DNA from: Prorocentrum cordatum
Lineage: Eukaryota
Direction: 5' to 3'
NCBI GenBank assembly: GCA_963575745.1
Contig: CAUYUJ010000292.1
Location: forward strand, 496,001 to 560,000
Length of the DNA stretch: 64,000 nucleotides
Shown here: positions 51,000 through 61,623 of the stretch, piece by piece
How the letters are laid out: each line of letters opens with the position of its first letter
How positions within the stretch are numbered: the first letter of the stretch is position 1
Notes under the pieces: generated by a model
What the model was told of the DNA's origin: nothing
Database searches by the model: none
The model's input: the letters and a program-made list of their open reading frames with translations, nothing else
Translations under genes and position numbers: made by a program

Positions 51000-51812
51000 C
51001 TAGGGCAGACCTGTGGACTCCGTCCACGACATCAGCTCGACGTGGCGAGGGGTCTCTGGGCAAGCGCGGCGTGCCTGTCGCCTCTCGTCCGCTCCCCCGC
51101 TCCTGGAGGGAATTCTGAAGCCACTGAAGGCTTCGTGGGGGCCGTTTCGGAGCCTCTTCGGCCTTCTTTTGGGCCTCCCGGGGGGGCTCTTAGGGCCCTC
51201 TCGGGCCGCCTTGGGTGCCTCTTGGGCCTTCTTGGGGCCGTCTGAGGCCCGCTTCGGCGCCTCTTGGGCTGTCTTGGGCCGTCTTGGGCCGCTCCTGGGG
51301 CCGTCTTGGGTGCCTCTTGGGCCGTCTTGGGCGCCTCCTGGGCCGTCCTGGGGCCGTCCTGCGGCGTCTTGGGACCGTCTGGGGGCCCTCCTGGCCCGTC
51401 TTGGGGCTCTCTTGGGTCCTCTTCGGCCGTCTTGGAGCGGTCGGGGGGACTTCTTGGGCCGTCTTGGAGCGTCGGGAAGCCGAAGAGGCGAGGAGGCCGA
51501 AAACATCGAAAAACACAATAGAAATCGATGATTTCTGTCGCTCGGGGCCCTCTTGGGAGGCCTCTTGGGAGGCCTCTTCGGGCGTCTTGGACGCCTCTTG
51601 GGCCGTCTGGGGCGAATCTCGGGCGTCGTGGGCCCATCTTTAAGCGTGCCGGGGCTCTCCGGGGCCGTCTTGGGGGCTTCTGGGGGCCCTCTCGACATGT
51701 CCTGGAGCCTGCCTGGGCGGCCCGGGGCGGCCCGGGGCCAGCCCGGGGCGGTTTGGGTGCATTGGGGCCTGCGCCCTTCTGGCACGCACTGGGCCCTGCA
51801 ATGTAGTAGAGA
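51000..51812 (-). mobile_element. Complete 813-nt Helitron-like non-autonomous element
   Basis: 5' TCTCTACTACATTGCAGGG at 51812. 3' hairpin gtggac-tcc-gtccac (51013-51027) then CTAG (51000-51003) followed by the target T. Near-duplicate of ~54065-54809. Confidence 0.8.
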
Positions 51813-54809
51813 CTAGGGCTGACCCGTGGACTCCGTCCACGACATCTTTATGGAATGGTTCTCGGAGGAACGGCGCAGATTGTACCGAAAATCTACAAAC
51901 ACGGCGGCGGCTCGGGCGGCGGCAGCGAGACCGCGCCTTCGTGTCCGAGCTCTTGCAGCGCTCCAGCAGCTTGGCCCAGCGCACTGCTCGTTCACCCCCC
52001 TCCTATTGAGGGCAGTTTCGAAGTCTCTCGGGGATGTGCGTCGAAGTCGAGGCCCATCTGAGGCGTCTCAGGAGCGCCCAGGGAAGGGCTCGGGAGGCCA
52101 TCGGGGAAAGCCACCGAAAGCGCCGGGGAGGCTCGCAAGGATCTACAGGGAGGGCCCAAGAGAGCTTCAAGAAAATATGAAATCCAGTGAACTCTTAAGA
52201 GAAACCGCTGTTGGGTCGGCCATCACCTCCGGGCGCGCCTTGATGGTGCGATCCAGTCGCATCACCGCCAACGGGAGGGTTTGTTCGCCATGTCCCATTC
52301 TGTTCGCCCAGAGGGTCTGTGGAGGCCTTCGGGCGAACAGAACGGGACAGGGCAAGGAATGGGGAAGCCATGTCCGAATCTCCTGGGCCCCCCAGATGCT
52401 CGTCCGAAGAATGCGGAGAGGTCCCAGGGTCATATCAATTGGCTGCTGTCCCAGGGGTCCGGTCTGCTTGGCCCGAAGAGTTTGCCAAGGCCCCTGGGGG
52501 AACAGAATGGCACAGCGTATCGGGCAAAGGGGGGCGGTAGCTGGCCTGTCAGACCCGGCGTTCGTCTTCTGCCCAAGCGGCGCAGGGCCCACGGGCCCCA
52601 GGGTTGGCGTCCCGCTGGGATTCCTCTTGTTCGCCCACAGGGTTGGAGGAGGCCTCCAGGCGAACAGAATGGGGCAGGACAATGAAGGTGGGAGACTCGT
52701 CGCAAGCTCCCAGCCCCCCCAAGTGTGCGCCCGAAGGGTGTGGGGCCGCGTTGGCTCCCTCAAAGGGCCGTCTTGGAGCCGTCTAGGCCCGTCTTGAGGG
52801 CGCCGTTTGCCCTGATGGGGCCGTCTTGGTTCGTCGTGGGCCCCTCATGGGCGCGTCCGTAGGCCGTCCTGGGCCATCGGGGTCCTCGTGGGGCTGTCTT
52901 GGAGCCGTCTGGGACCGTGAGGAGGCCGCCTTGGAGTCGTCTTGGGCCCCTCCTGTGCGCCTCCTTGGGCCGTCCTGGGCCAGCAGGGGCCGTGTTGGCA
53001 CCCTGTTGGGGCTGTCTCGGAGCCGTCCTGAGCCGTCGCAGCGCGCCTTGGGTTGTGTTGGGTCCGTCTTGGCCCGTCTTGGGGCCTTCCTGGGCGGTTC
53101 CTCGGACCCTCCTGGGACTTTCTGGGGCCTCTTGGTGCATCGGACCGCCGAAACGGCGGGAAACGCAAAGGGTGTAACAGTAAACAATGGACAATTAACG
53201 ATTTTTGCCAGCTGGGACTCTCTTGCCATCTTGCCCCGAACGGGCGCGTCCTTGGGCCGTCCTGGGCGCACCCTCCTGGGACCGTCTTGGAATCGTCTTG
53301 GGCCGTCTTGAGCGCGCCTTGGGCCGTCCTGGGCCGGTCTGGGGCCGTGTTGGCACCCTCGCGGCGAGGAAGCTCGGAGGCGGGCTCGAGGCCTCTTCGG
53401 AGCCATTTTGGAAGCTGTTGGGGCCTCTGTAGGGGCCTCGTTTGGGCTCCTTGGGAGCCTCCTGGGGCCTCTTCGGGGGATTCTTGGCGGCCCCTTGGGG
53501 CCTCTTGGGGGCCTGTTTGGGCCTCCTGGCGCCCTCTTGGGGCGGAAGGCTCGGATTTTCTGTGGGGCCCCCTCTTGGGCTGTCTTCGGGCGTCGTCTCT
53601 TGGAAACCTCTTGGGCCGTTCTGGGGCGCTCTTGGAGGCCTCTTGGGCCGTCTTCGAGCGTCGGAAAGCGGAAAAGGCGAGAAGGCCAAAATCCTTCCAA
53701 AACCGTCGTAAAGCGGACGATTTTGAGGCCCAAAACCGTCCAAAACCTCCTGAGGCGGTCCCCTCGTCCGCCCCCCTCGCTTCGAAGCAGTTTTTAAGCC
53801 CCGTGGCACCTCTTGGGGATCTCTTTTGGGCTCCTGGGGGCCTCTTGGGCCTCCACTGGATTCGCTGCCCTCGGTCGGCAATCGTCGATCCTACGACGAC
53901 TCTCCCCAACGGAGAAACATCGAAGGCCCTCGGAGCGTTGTTCTTTTGTGCCTTCGATATGCCAGTCGCCTCTCGTCCGCTCCCCCCCTCCTGGAAGCAA
54001 TTCTGAAGCCACTCAGGGCTTCGTGGGGGCCGTTTGGGGATCTCTTGGGGCGTTTTTGCCTGCGATATGCCTGTCGCCTCTCGTCCGCTTCCCCGCTCCT
54101 GGAGGGAATGCTGAAGGCACTGAAGGCTTCGTGGGGGCCGTTTCGGAGCCTCTTCGGCCTTCGTTTGGGCCTCCCGGGGGGGCTCTTAGGGCCCTCTCGG
54201 GCCGTCTTGGGTGCCTCTTGGGCCGTCTTGGGGCCGTCTGAGACCCGCCTCGGCGCCTCTTGGGCTGTCGTGGGCCGTCTTGGGCCGCTCCTGGGGTCGT
54301 CTTGGGTGCCTCTTGGGCCGTCTTGGGCGCCTCCTGGGCCGTCCTGGGGCCGTCCTGGGGCGTCTTGGGACCGTCTGGGGGCCCTCCTGGCCCGTCTTGG
54401 GGCTCTCTTGGGGTCCTCTTCGGCCGTCTTGGAGCGGTCGGGGGGGCTTCTTGGGCCGTCTTGGAGCGTCGGGAAGCCGACGAGGCGAGGAGGCCGAAAA
54501 CATCGAAAAACACAATAGAAATCGACGATTTCTGTCGCTCGGGGCCCTCTTGGGAGGCCTCTTGGGAGGCCTCTTCGGGCGTCTTGGACGCCTCTTGGGC
54601 CGCCTGGGGCGAATCTCGGGCATCTTGGGCCCATCTTTAAGCGTGCCGGGGCTCTCCGGGGCCGTCTTGGGGGCTTCTGGGGGCCCTCTCGACATGTCCT
54701 GGGGCCTGCCTGAGCGGCCCGGGGCGGCCCGGGGCCAGCCCGGGGCGGTTTTGAGACATTTGAGCCTGCACCCTTCCCGCACGCACGTGCCCCTGCAATG
54801 TAGTAGAGA
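51813..54809 (-). mobile_element. Composite ~3-kb Helitron-like element
   Basis: 3' CTAG at 51813-51816 with hairpin 51825-51841. 5' TCTCTACTACATTGCAGGG at 54809. First ~750 nt nearly identical to the 813-nt element. Confidence 0.72.
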
Positions 54810-56115
54810 CTAGGGCTGACCCGCGGCCTTCCGGCCGCGGAGTCTGCCCGCCATGGTGTGGACGTGGAAAGGGAGTGTCTCCGGGGCCTCGCGGGGGGGG
54901 AGGTTGAAGGGGACGGTGTGGATGGGGGAAGTGGCCGCTGAAGGGGGAGGTGGGCGAGGGATGCAGGCAAGCAGGCCTGAAGGCAGGAACGCATGTAGGC
55001 ACAACGTGGTGTGGACAGAAGCTGTTTCTCACGCCGCGCTTTGTGTTCATCATAGCCTTTGCGGGGCGGGGCGCCGTTATCATTTTATCTGCTCTTAGCT
55101 GGGGCCGCGTGATATACGACCCAAGAGGCCCACAAGAGGGCGCCGAGACGGCCCGCACAGGGGCCGCTCAGGCGCCCGGTGCACGGGAGAATCACCGATT
55201 GGACGCTGGAGAAACTGTCAATTAACTGTCGATTTGGTTTACTTGGGCTGCGCGATAGGAGCCTTCTCGGGTTGTCTGGACACTCTTGGGGCCTTCTTCG
55301 GGGCATGCTCAGGGCATCCCTGTGGCTCCTCCCTCCTCGTCCTCCCCTGGATCGGTCATCCAGTCGATCTTCTTTAGGAGCCATCTCGGTGTGTCTGGAC
55401 CGTCTTGGGGCCTCCTTCGGATCATGCTCGGGACATCTCAGTGGCTCCTCCTCCTCCTCCCCTCGATCCTTCATCCCGTCGATCTTCTCGTCAGTCGTCG
55501 ACGCTCCCCAAGAGACAAGCATTCAATGCCTCATGGGTCCGTTTGGAAGCCTCTTTTCGTCCTCCTGGGGGTCTCTCGGGCCCTTTTGGGCCGTCTTGGG
55601 TACATCTTGGGCCGCCTTGGAGCGATTTGGGGCCGTCTTGGGCGCCTCTGGGGCTATCTTGTGGCCGTCTTGGTTGCCTCTGCGGCCGTCTAGGGCGTCT
55701 CTGGAGCCGTGGCGGGGCCGCCTCGGGCCGTTTGGGGGCCCTCCTGGAGTGCTCTGGGGGCGTCTTGTGGCGATCGGGACGGCCTGTGTAGCCGTCTTGG
55801 ACGCGCTGAAGACGAAAAGAGCAAACATATAAAAAATGCACGTTTTCCGTAGGGAATGGGGCAAATGTTTGCCTCTTGGGTCCCTCCTGGGGGTCCTCCT
55901 GGGCCGCCTTGGGAGCCTCCTGGCCTGCCTTGGGGGCCGAAGGGGCCGACCTGGGGCTCGGTTGGGTCCCTCTTGGTCTGTCCGGGCGCCCTTGTGGGCG
56001 TCTCTGAGCCGTCTCGGAGCGGCCCGGGGGCTCGCAGGGCGGCCTGGAGAGCCCAGCGGACCTTTCAAGACAGAGGACCTTCTTGCACGCAAAGATCGCT
56101 ACATTGTAGAAGAGA
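54810..56115 (-). mobile_element. Helitron-like element with an alternative hairpin
   Basis: 3' CTAG at 54810-54813, spacer GGTCAGCC, hairpin ccgcggcc-ttcc-ggccgcgg (54821-54840). 5' TCTCTTCTACAATG at 56115. Confidence 0.75.
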
Positions 56116-56220
56116 TGACGTCGGGCTCCAGCTTCCCCTCCCACATCTCGCTGAGCAGCGCCAGCGCCAGCTGCCACTGCTCGACTTTTTCGCACGCGCT
56201 GATCCCAGCATTGTAGCTGA
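56116..56220 (-). pseudogene. PPR motif block (1 motif, 105 nt)
   Basis: SYNAGISACEKVEQWQLALALLSEMWEGKLEPDV. Confidence 0.85.
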
Positions 56221-56959
56221 CCAGTGTCTGACCAGGGTTCTGCGGTAACTCCTGGGAGCCTACTATACCATCTTGCTATCTTGCTCGCTCTTGCGAACCG
56301 ACGCTGTTTGACGCCAAGTCGAATCAACCCGAATCGACGCTGGTTCGGCGCTTCCGGATCGGTGCCCAAGCGCTGGCGCACGCCGATTCCGTCTGACAAG
56401 GGAACTCCGAGGACCTGCAAGGCTCCCGTGCCTTCCTGCCGAGCCGATATGTGCACACCTGGAGCACATGCGCTCAGGCGAGTCTGCAGGGGAGCCGTGC
56501 GGCCCTGCCTCGCCGGTGACAGCCCCTTAGGAGCCGTCACGGGCGCCTCCTCCTCCTCCTCCTCCTCCTCCTCTTCCTCCTCCTCCTCGTCCTCCTCCTC
56601 CTCCTCCTCCTCCTCCTGGGCAGGGGTGGGGCCTCCTTGGCGTCGTCCTGTGGGCCTCTGCGGCCACCGCGGCCCATCTTTTCGAGGCCGCCGAGGCCGT
56701 CTTGGGCCGTCGGAGGCGCGAGAAGCCGAGAAAGCTGAAACGTCAGCCAGCGTTGGCCCAAAAGAGTGAGTTCTTGCAGTCTATGCGTCGCAATCTGAGC
56801 GGTGCAGTCCGTGCGGTGCATTATGCTGCTCCCGTCGTACTGGAGAGCCAAATCCCCCCATACATAGTCTCGGGCCCACGGAAAAAAATGTCGAAACGGG
56901 GTCGAACGAGCATCGCCTCCCGGAACCCGACACGTGAAAACCTCCCAGTCCCGGTACTC

Positions 56960-57150
56960 TACAGTCATCGGCCTGACCTAAGGAACGATAAATAAGGAAC
57001 GAAGCCCCTTTCTTCCAAGGAATAACGCATAGGGAACGATAAACAAGTAATACAGAACGCACAGGGAACGACAAATGACGCATGCAGGCCTAAGGAACGA
57101 CCGAGCCCCTTTTGAAAAGCAAGCGTTCCTTATTCAAGCCGCTCACTGTA
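56960..57150. mobile_element. MITE related to family A (TA|CAGT...ACTG|TA)
   Basis: tacagtcatcggc / gccgctcactgta inverted ends; internal tgacctaaggaac...aaataaggaacga shared with family A. Confidence 0.7.
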
Positions 57151-57182
57151 TGGTGCTCGCATTGTTTCCTCGTGCTCTTCTC

Positions 57183-57364
57183 GGGCCGGGCGAAAGGGGG
57201 GGATTGGGAAAGGGGGGGTTACGAAATCTGCTGCATGCAGCTGGTTTCGGCCTCACCGAAGGGCCCATTCCTCGATACATAGGCGCCAGGAGGCGCCGGG
57301 AAAATCAGCTACGTGAGCTGATTCTCAAACCCCCCCTTTGCTATCCCCCCCTTTCGCCCGACCC
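57183..57364. mobile_element. MITE family J (TIR ~GGGCCGGGCGAAAGGGGGGGAT)
   Basis: Inverted ends; its left half occurs reversed at ~9488-9583. Confidence 0.72.
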
Positions 57365-57855
57365 GATCTTCTGCGGCGCGCAGTCCCTGCGATGGGCCGG
57401 GCGGCGGCGGCGGGCGGCGGCGACGGGCGGCCCCACGAGTCTGTTGCGCCGACCCGGCGGGGGCTCCAAGCGCAGGGGCGGCGGCGGCGGCGGCGGCGCA
57501 CGGCCGCAGCCTGAGGCCGCACGGGCTGGGCCCTGGAATCGACAGGGCCGTTTTTCTTACCGGTTCCGTTTTGCCGTTTTCGTTGCCGGTTCCGACGCCG
57601 TCCTTTTACCGGTTAGCCGTCGCAGTTTTTTGACCGGTTCCGGCTCCGGCTCCAATCCTGGAGCCGTTTCTGTTACCGTTTCCAGTCGCCGTTTTTGTTT
57701 GCCGCTTCCACGTTCAAGGGGCATTTTTATTGGACACGGTGAAAAAACGGCCCTGCCGTTTCCGGGGCCCACAAAGGCCATGCACCACCACTGAGCCGAG
57801 CGTCCGGAGGGACGTGTGGGCAGCAGAGTGCGCGAGTGGCAACGCTTCAGACAAG

Positions 57856-58035
57856 TACAGTCGGGGCGTTGACCTAAGGAACCCTAAATAAGGAACGGGG
57901 CCCCTTTCTCCCATACGCTGAGCTTCGATTTCCCATGGAAAGCCTCAGGAAAATTGCAGGCAAACTGCAGAACAATCAAGGAACGCCGAGCCCCTCTCCA
58001 ACGAAAAGGGTTCCTTCTTCAGGGCCCCGACTGTA
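57856..58035. mobile_element. MITE family A copy
   Basis: tacagtcggggc / gccccgactgta. Confidence 0.88.
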
Positions 58036-61000
58036 TGACTGGAAAGACATTACGGAGCGGCCGCGTGCACGCACAGGCTCGACTGGGAGGGAGAAGCGGA
58101 AATGCCTCACGACGGGCACCGGGCCAGAAGAGAGGCAAGAACCCTTATAAAGTCGGGGGACGGGCAGAGCCCCCTGGAGTAAAACACGTGGTTCAGCGAA
58201 GACGGCCTCGTGCCCAGACCTGGCGGGTGCAAGCCTGGAGAATGACGGCCGCGGCGCCCTCTCGAGAACTGAAAAGGGACGATTCACAAATCGACGTGTC
58301 AGGGTGGGGGTTCCGTCCACCCCCGACTTAAGTGCAAGAACAGCTGTCTAGGGAGTCGTTCGACAACCAATGGGAAGTCTGCGGAAGGGTCGTGCGGTGT
58401 CGGCGCGCGCAAGAGTTTTTGTCACCGCGTCGATCGTTCAACCTTGAACCGATCGCGGCCCCAATAGTTCAAACTAAAATCAGTCGGATCCCTCCGGCGT
58501 TACCATGTCCCTCGGCGCTTCTGCGTCGTTCTATCATGCGGAATTCTGCACTGAACGCCTTCGCCAGCGTCGCCGGCGCGCCAACGCCGCGTGAACCTAC
58601 TGTATGCTCTGGGGCTCCAGGGGCTCTCGAGGAGGAGGAGGAGGAGTAGAAGGAGGAGGAGGGGGAGGAGGAGGAGGAGGAGGAGGAGGAGAGGAGGAGG
58701 AGGAGGAGGAGGGGGAGGGGGAGGAGGAGGAGGAGGAGGAGGAGGAGGAGGAGGAGGGGCAGAAGGAAGGGGAGGGTCGAGTCTGTTACCCGCCGAAAGA
58801 GACAGGAGGGGGGAAAGATCAAAACGAGAGACGCTTCCAGGCTCTTAAGGGTGACCTACATAGGGGGGGGGAGAAAAAGGGTCCTGGAGGGGCACCTTCC
58901 TTCACCCCCCCATGTAGGTCACCCCCCATCATTGCACCCCGCCCGCTCCAGGAGGCCTCGCGGAGGCCCCCAGGGCCGCCTCGAGGCACCCCGAGGCCGC
59001 CTCGCGGCCATCTTTGGCCCATGTGGGAGGCGTCTGGGCGAACTCGGGGGCCTCTCGGGCCCTCTGGGGCGGTCTCAGGGACGGTCTCGAAAGTTACTCC
59101 AGATTTCGTAATAGAGGGAGGGGGGTCTCGTTTCGGGGGGGGTCTCTTCCAGGCTATCTTGGAGGGCCTGGGGGGGTCTGGGGACGATGTTTTGGAGGGT
59201 TTCTCCCACGGGGGGGTCTAAAACTCATCGTCTGGGGCGGTTGTGACTCCCTCCCTTTTATTGCGAAATCTGGGGTATGTTGCTCCCTTCGTACTTCAAG
59301 ACCACATCCCAGCAAGAAGTTCGAGCCCCCGGAAAAGTGTCGAAAAAAAACCATGTCGGAAAACGGTGTCGAACGCGCGTCTCCCACGGCCCGACGCGCG
59401 AAGGCCCTCGAGCCTCGGTGCTCTCTTGGTGCTCGAAATCCTTTCTGCTATGGTCCAGGCTCATCGGGGATGGACTGACCCCCCTTTCGTAAAACGCGGT
59501 TTAGTGAAAACGACCTGAGGCCCAAACCTGGCGGGCGCAAGCCTGGAAACGACGGCCACGGCACCCTCTCTCGGACCGAAAACAACGGACGATTCACGAA
59601 TCGACGTGTCCCTGTTGGGGGCTCTGTCCACCCCCGAGCTCAAAAAGGAGGCCGGAACATCACGACCCGAAGGCCATCTCGGGCAACACTCTCTCGGGCC
59701 CGCTGGGCCACTCCGCGGTCCTCTCGAGGGCGCCCTGCGGGGCCACCCGCTATGGAGGCCTCCCGGGGCTGCGCTGTGGGGCGTCGGGGGCGCGGCGCGG
59801 CGTGCAGGCCGAGGCCGAGGCCCCGGAAGACACTCCGAGATCCACGGCGGCTCTCGGCGGCTTCCCGGCGGTCGGCGTGGAGGCTCCTCCTCCTCCTCCT
59901 CCTCCTCCTCCTCCTCCTCCCCCTCCCCCTCCTCCTCCTCCTCCTCCTCTCCTCCTCCTCCTCCTCCTCCTCCTCCTCCTCCCTCCCCCTCAGCCGGTCT
60001 TCGGGCAGTGCTGGGCCCGACTGCCTACCAGACCACCCCAACCCGACCCAAAAGACCCGCATTTCGGGTGTGGTGGGGGGGTTACGGGTTCCATGTAGTT
60101 TGTCAGTGTTCCCCGACCCCTCCCCGCCCCTGGAAGTGGAGGGCAACTTGAGGCCTTCGGGTTGGGTTGGGGTGGTTTGGTGGGTGGTGAGTGCCGCCTC
60201 GGGGCCATTTTTTGGCCCGTCTTGGGGGCGAGCCTGGGGATCTCTCGGGCCCTCCTGGGCAGCCTCGGAAGCCTCTTTGTGCCCAGTGTTGGCCCGTCTG
60301 GAGATCAGCAACGGGCGGTCGAGAAACGCGTTCAGGAAGTTACCCGACACTGTGGCCGGCGAGGACAAGACGGTATTCCCTTCAGGAACGAGCAGAGCGG
60401 AGCAGAACTTTGCTCAGCAAGCAGAACTGAGCAAGAAGCTGGGCCCGTCTCAGAGGTCCTACGCTGCAGAGGCAAGCCGCGTCGTGGGGGCGTCACGGGG
60501 GCCTCGTGGGCCCAGGGTGGGGCCGCTCAGAGGCCGGCTTGGGGTTTCTGTGGGCCACGCTGGAGGCCATCTTGGGCGTCGGAGGCGCGAAAGGGTGAGA
60601 CATCGGAATCCGTTGGAACCCTTAGGATCATCCATGCTTTGGGCCTCCTGGAGCCCTCCTGGCAAAGCTCTTGGAGCCCTCTTGGGCACACTCGGAAGCC
60701 TCCGGGGCCAGCTGAAGCATATTTGAGCCGTCTCGGGGCCATCTTGGACCGTGCAGGAGGCGTCTGGGGCGAACTTGACGCTCTCTCGCGCTCGCCAGGG
60801 CCGTCTTGAAGGTCATCCTGGGCCCTCTTGAGTGGTCTCAAAGGCCGCCCGCGGCGCGGCAGGCCGCGTCTGGGAGACGTCACAGAAGCCTCTTGGGCTC
60901 CGCTGGGGTATTGAATTTGACGGCGACTGCGAGGGGGAAGTGGTGAGAAGGGGCGGCCTTCTAACAGGCTCAGAAGCCCCCCGGCCTTCTGAGAAGTTTT

Positions 61001-61382
61001 CTACGCCTTCCCCGAAAACACAGAAGACTTCTCAGAAGGCGCGAGAAGCCATCGCGCCTTCTGAGAAGGCCTTCTCAGTCTCACTTCGAATCTTGGGGCC
61101 ATCCTGGAGGCCTCATGAAGCCTCCAGGGCCGTCTGCGAATCGGAGGCACCAAGAGGTGCAGAAACGACCACCCACTGAAAACCAAAGGGAAACCTCCCG
61201 GAAAGGCTCTTTGAGCCTGCCTGTTGGCGGACTCGGAGGCCTCCGTGGCTCTGGAGGCGATCCTAAACTACGGCTGGCCCTCGCACGGAACAGCAACCTT
61301 CCAAGAACATGAGATCCTCCGCCGGCCAAAACGCACAGAACCTCCAAGTGTACCCTTCCCAGGATGCACGTGTATCGGGTTG

Positions 61383-61623
61383 ACCCAAAAAGGGGTCCAG
61401 CGACACAGGGGTGGTGTAATAGATTCGGTGCGATAGATTTGTGGGGTTGTAATACATCTGGGGCGTGCAGTACATTCCCGGGCGCAAATGTATTGCTGTA
61501 TTTCTGCGTGCAATTCATTACTTGCGATACAATGCATTACAACTCTCCGGCGCAATACCTTTGCAATACACTTGCCCCGAATATATTGCACCACCCCCTT
61601 TCAGCTGGACCCCATTTTGGGTG
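61383..61623. mobile_element. MITE-like element (TIR ~ACCCAAAAwGGGGTCCAGC...GGGGTGGTGYAATA)
   Basis: ~38-nt imperfect inverted ends enclosing repeated gtaatacat/atgtattgc motifs; single copy in this window. Confidence 0.7.

Noticed and set aside
53401..53411. Relic dinoflagellate spliced leader (AGCCATTTTGG)
   Set aside because: Only 11 nt match, the flanks disagree, and it lies within a TCTTGGGCC-type repeat.
51000..55830. Many overlapping 150-370-aa ORFs rich in LGPSWA / GPKTAQE
   Set aside because: These are translations of the 10-11-nt TCTTGGGCCG repeat inside the elements; no RepHel or transposase motifs.
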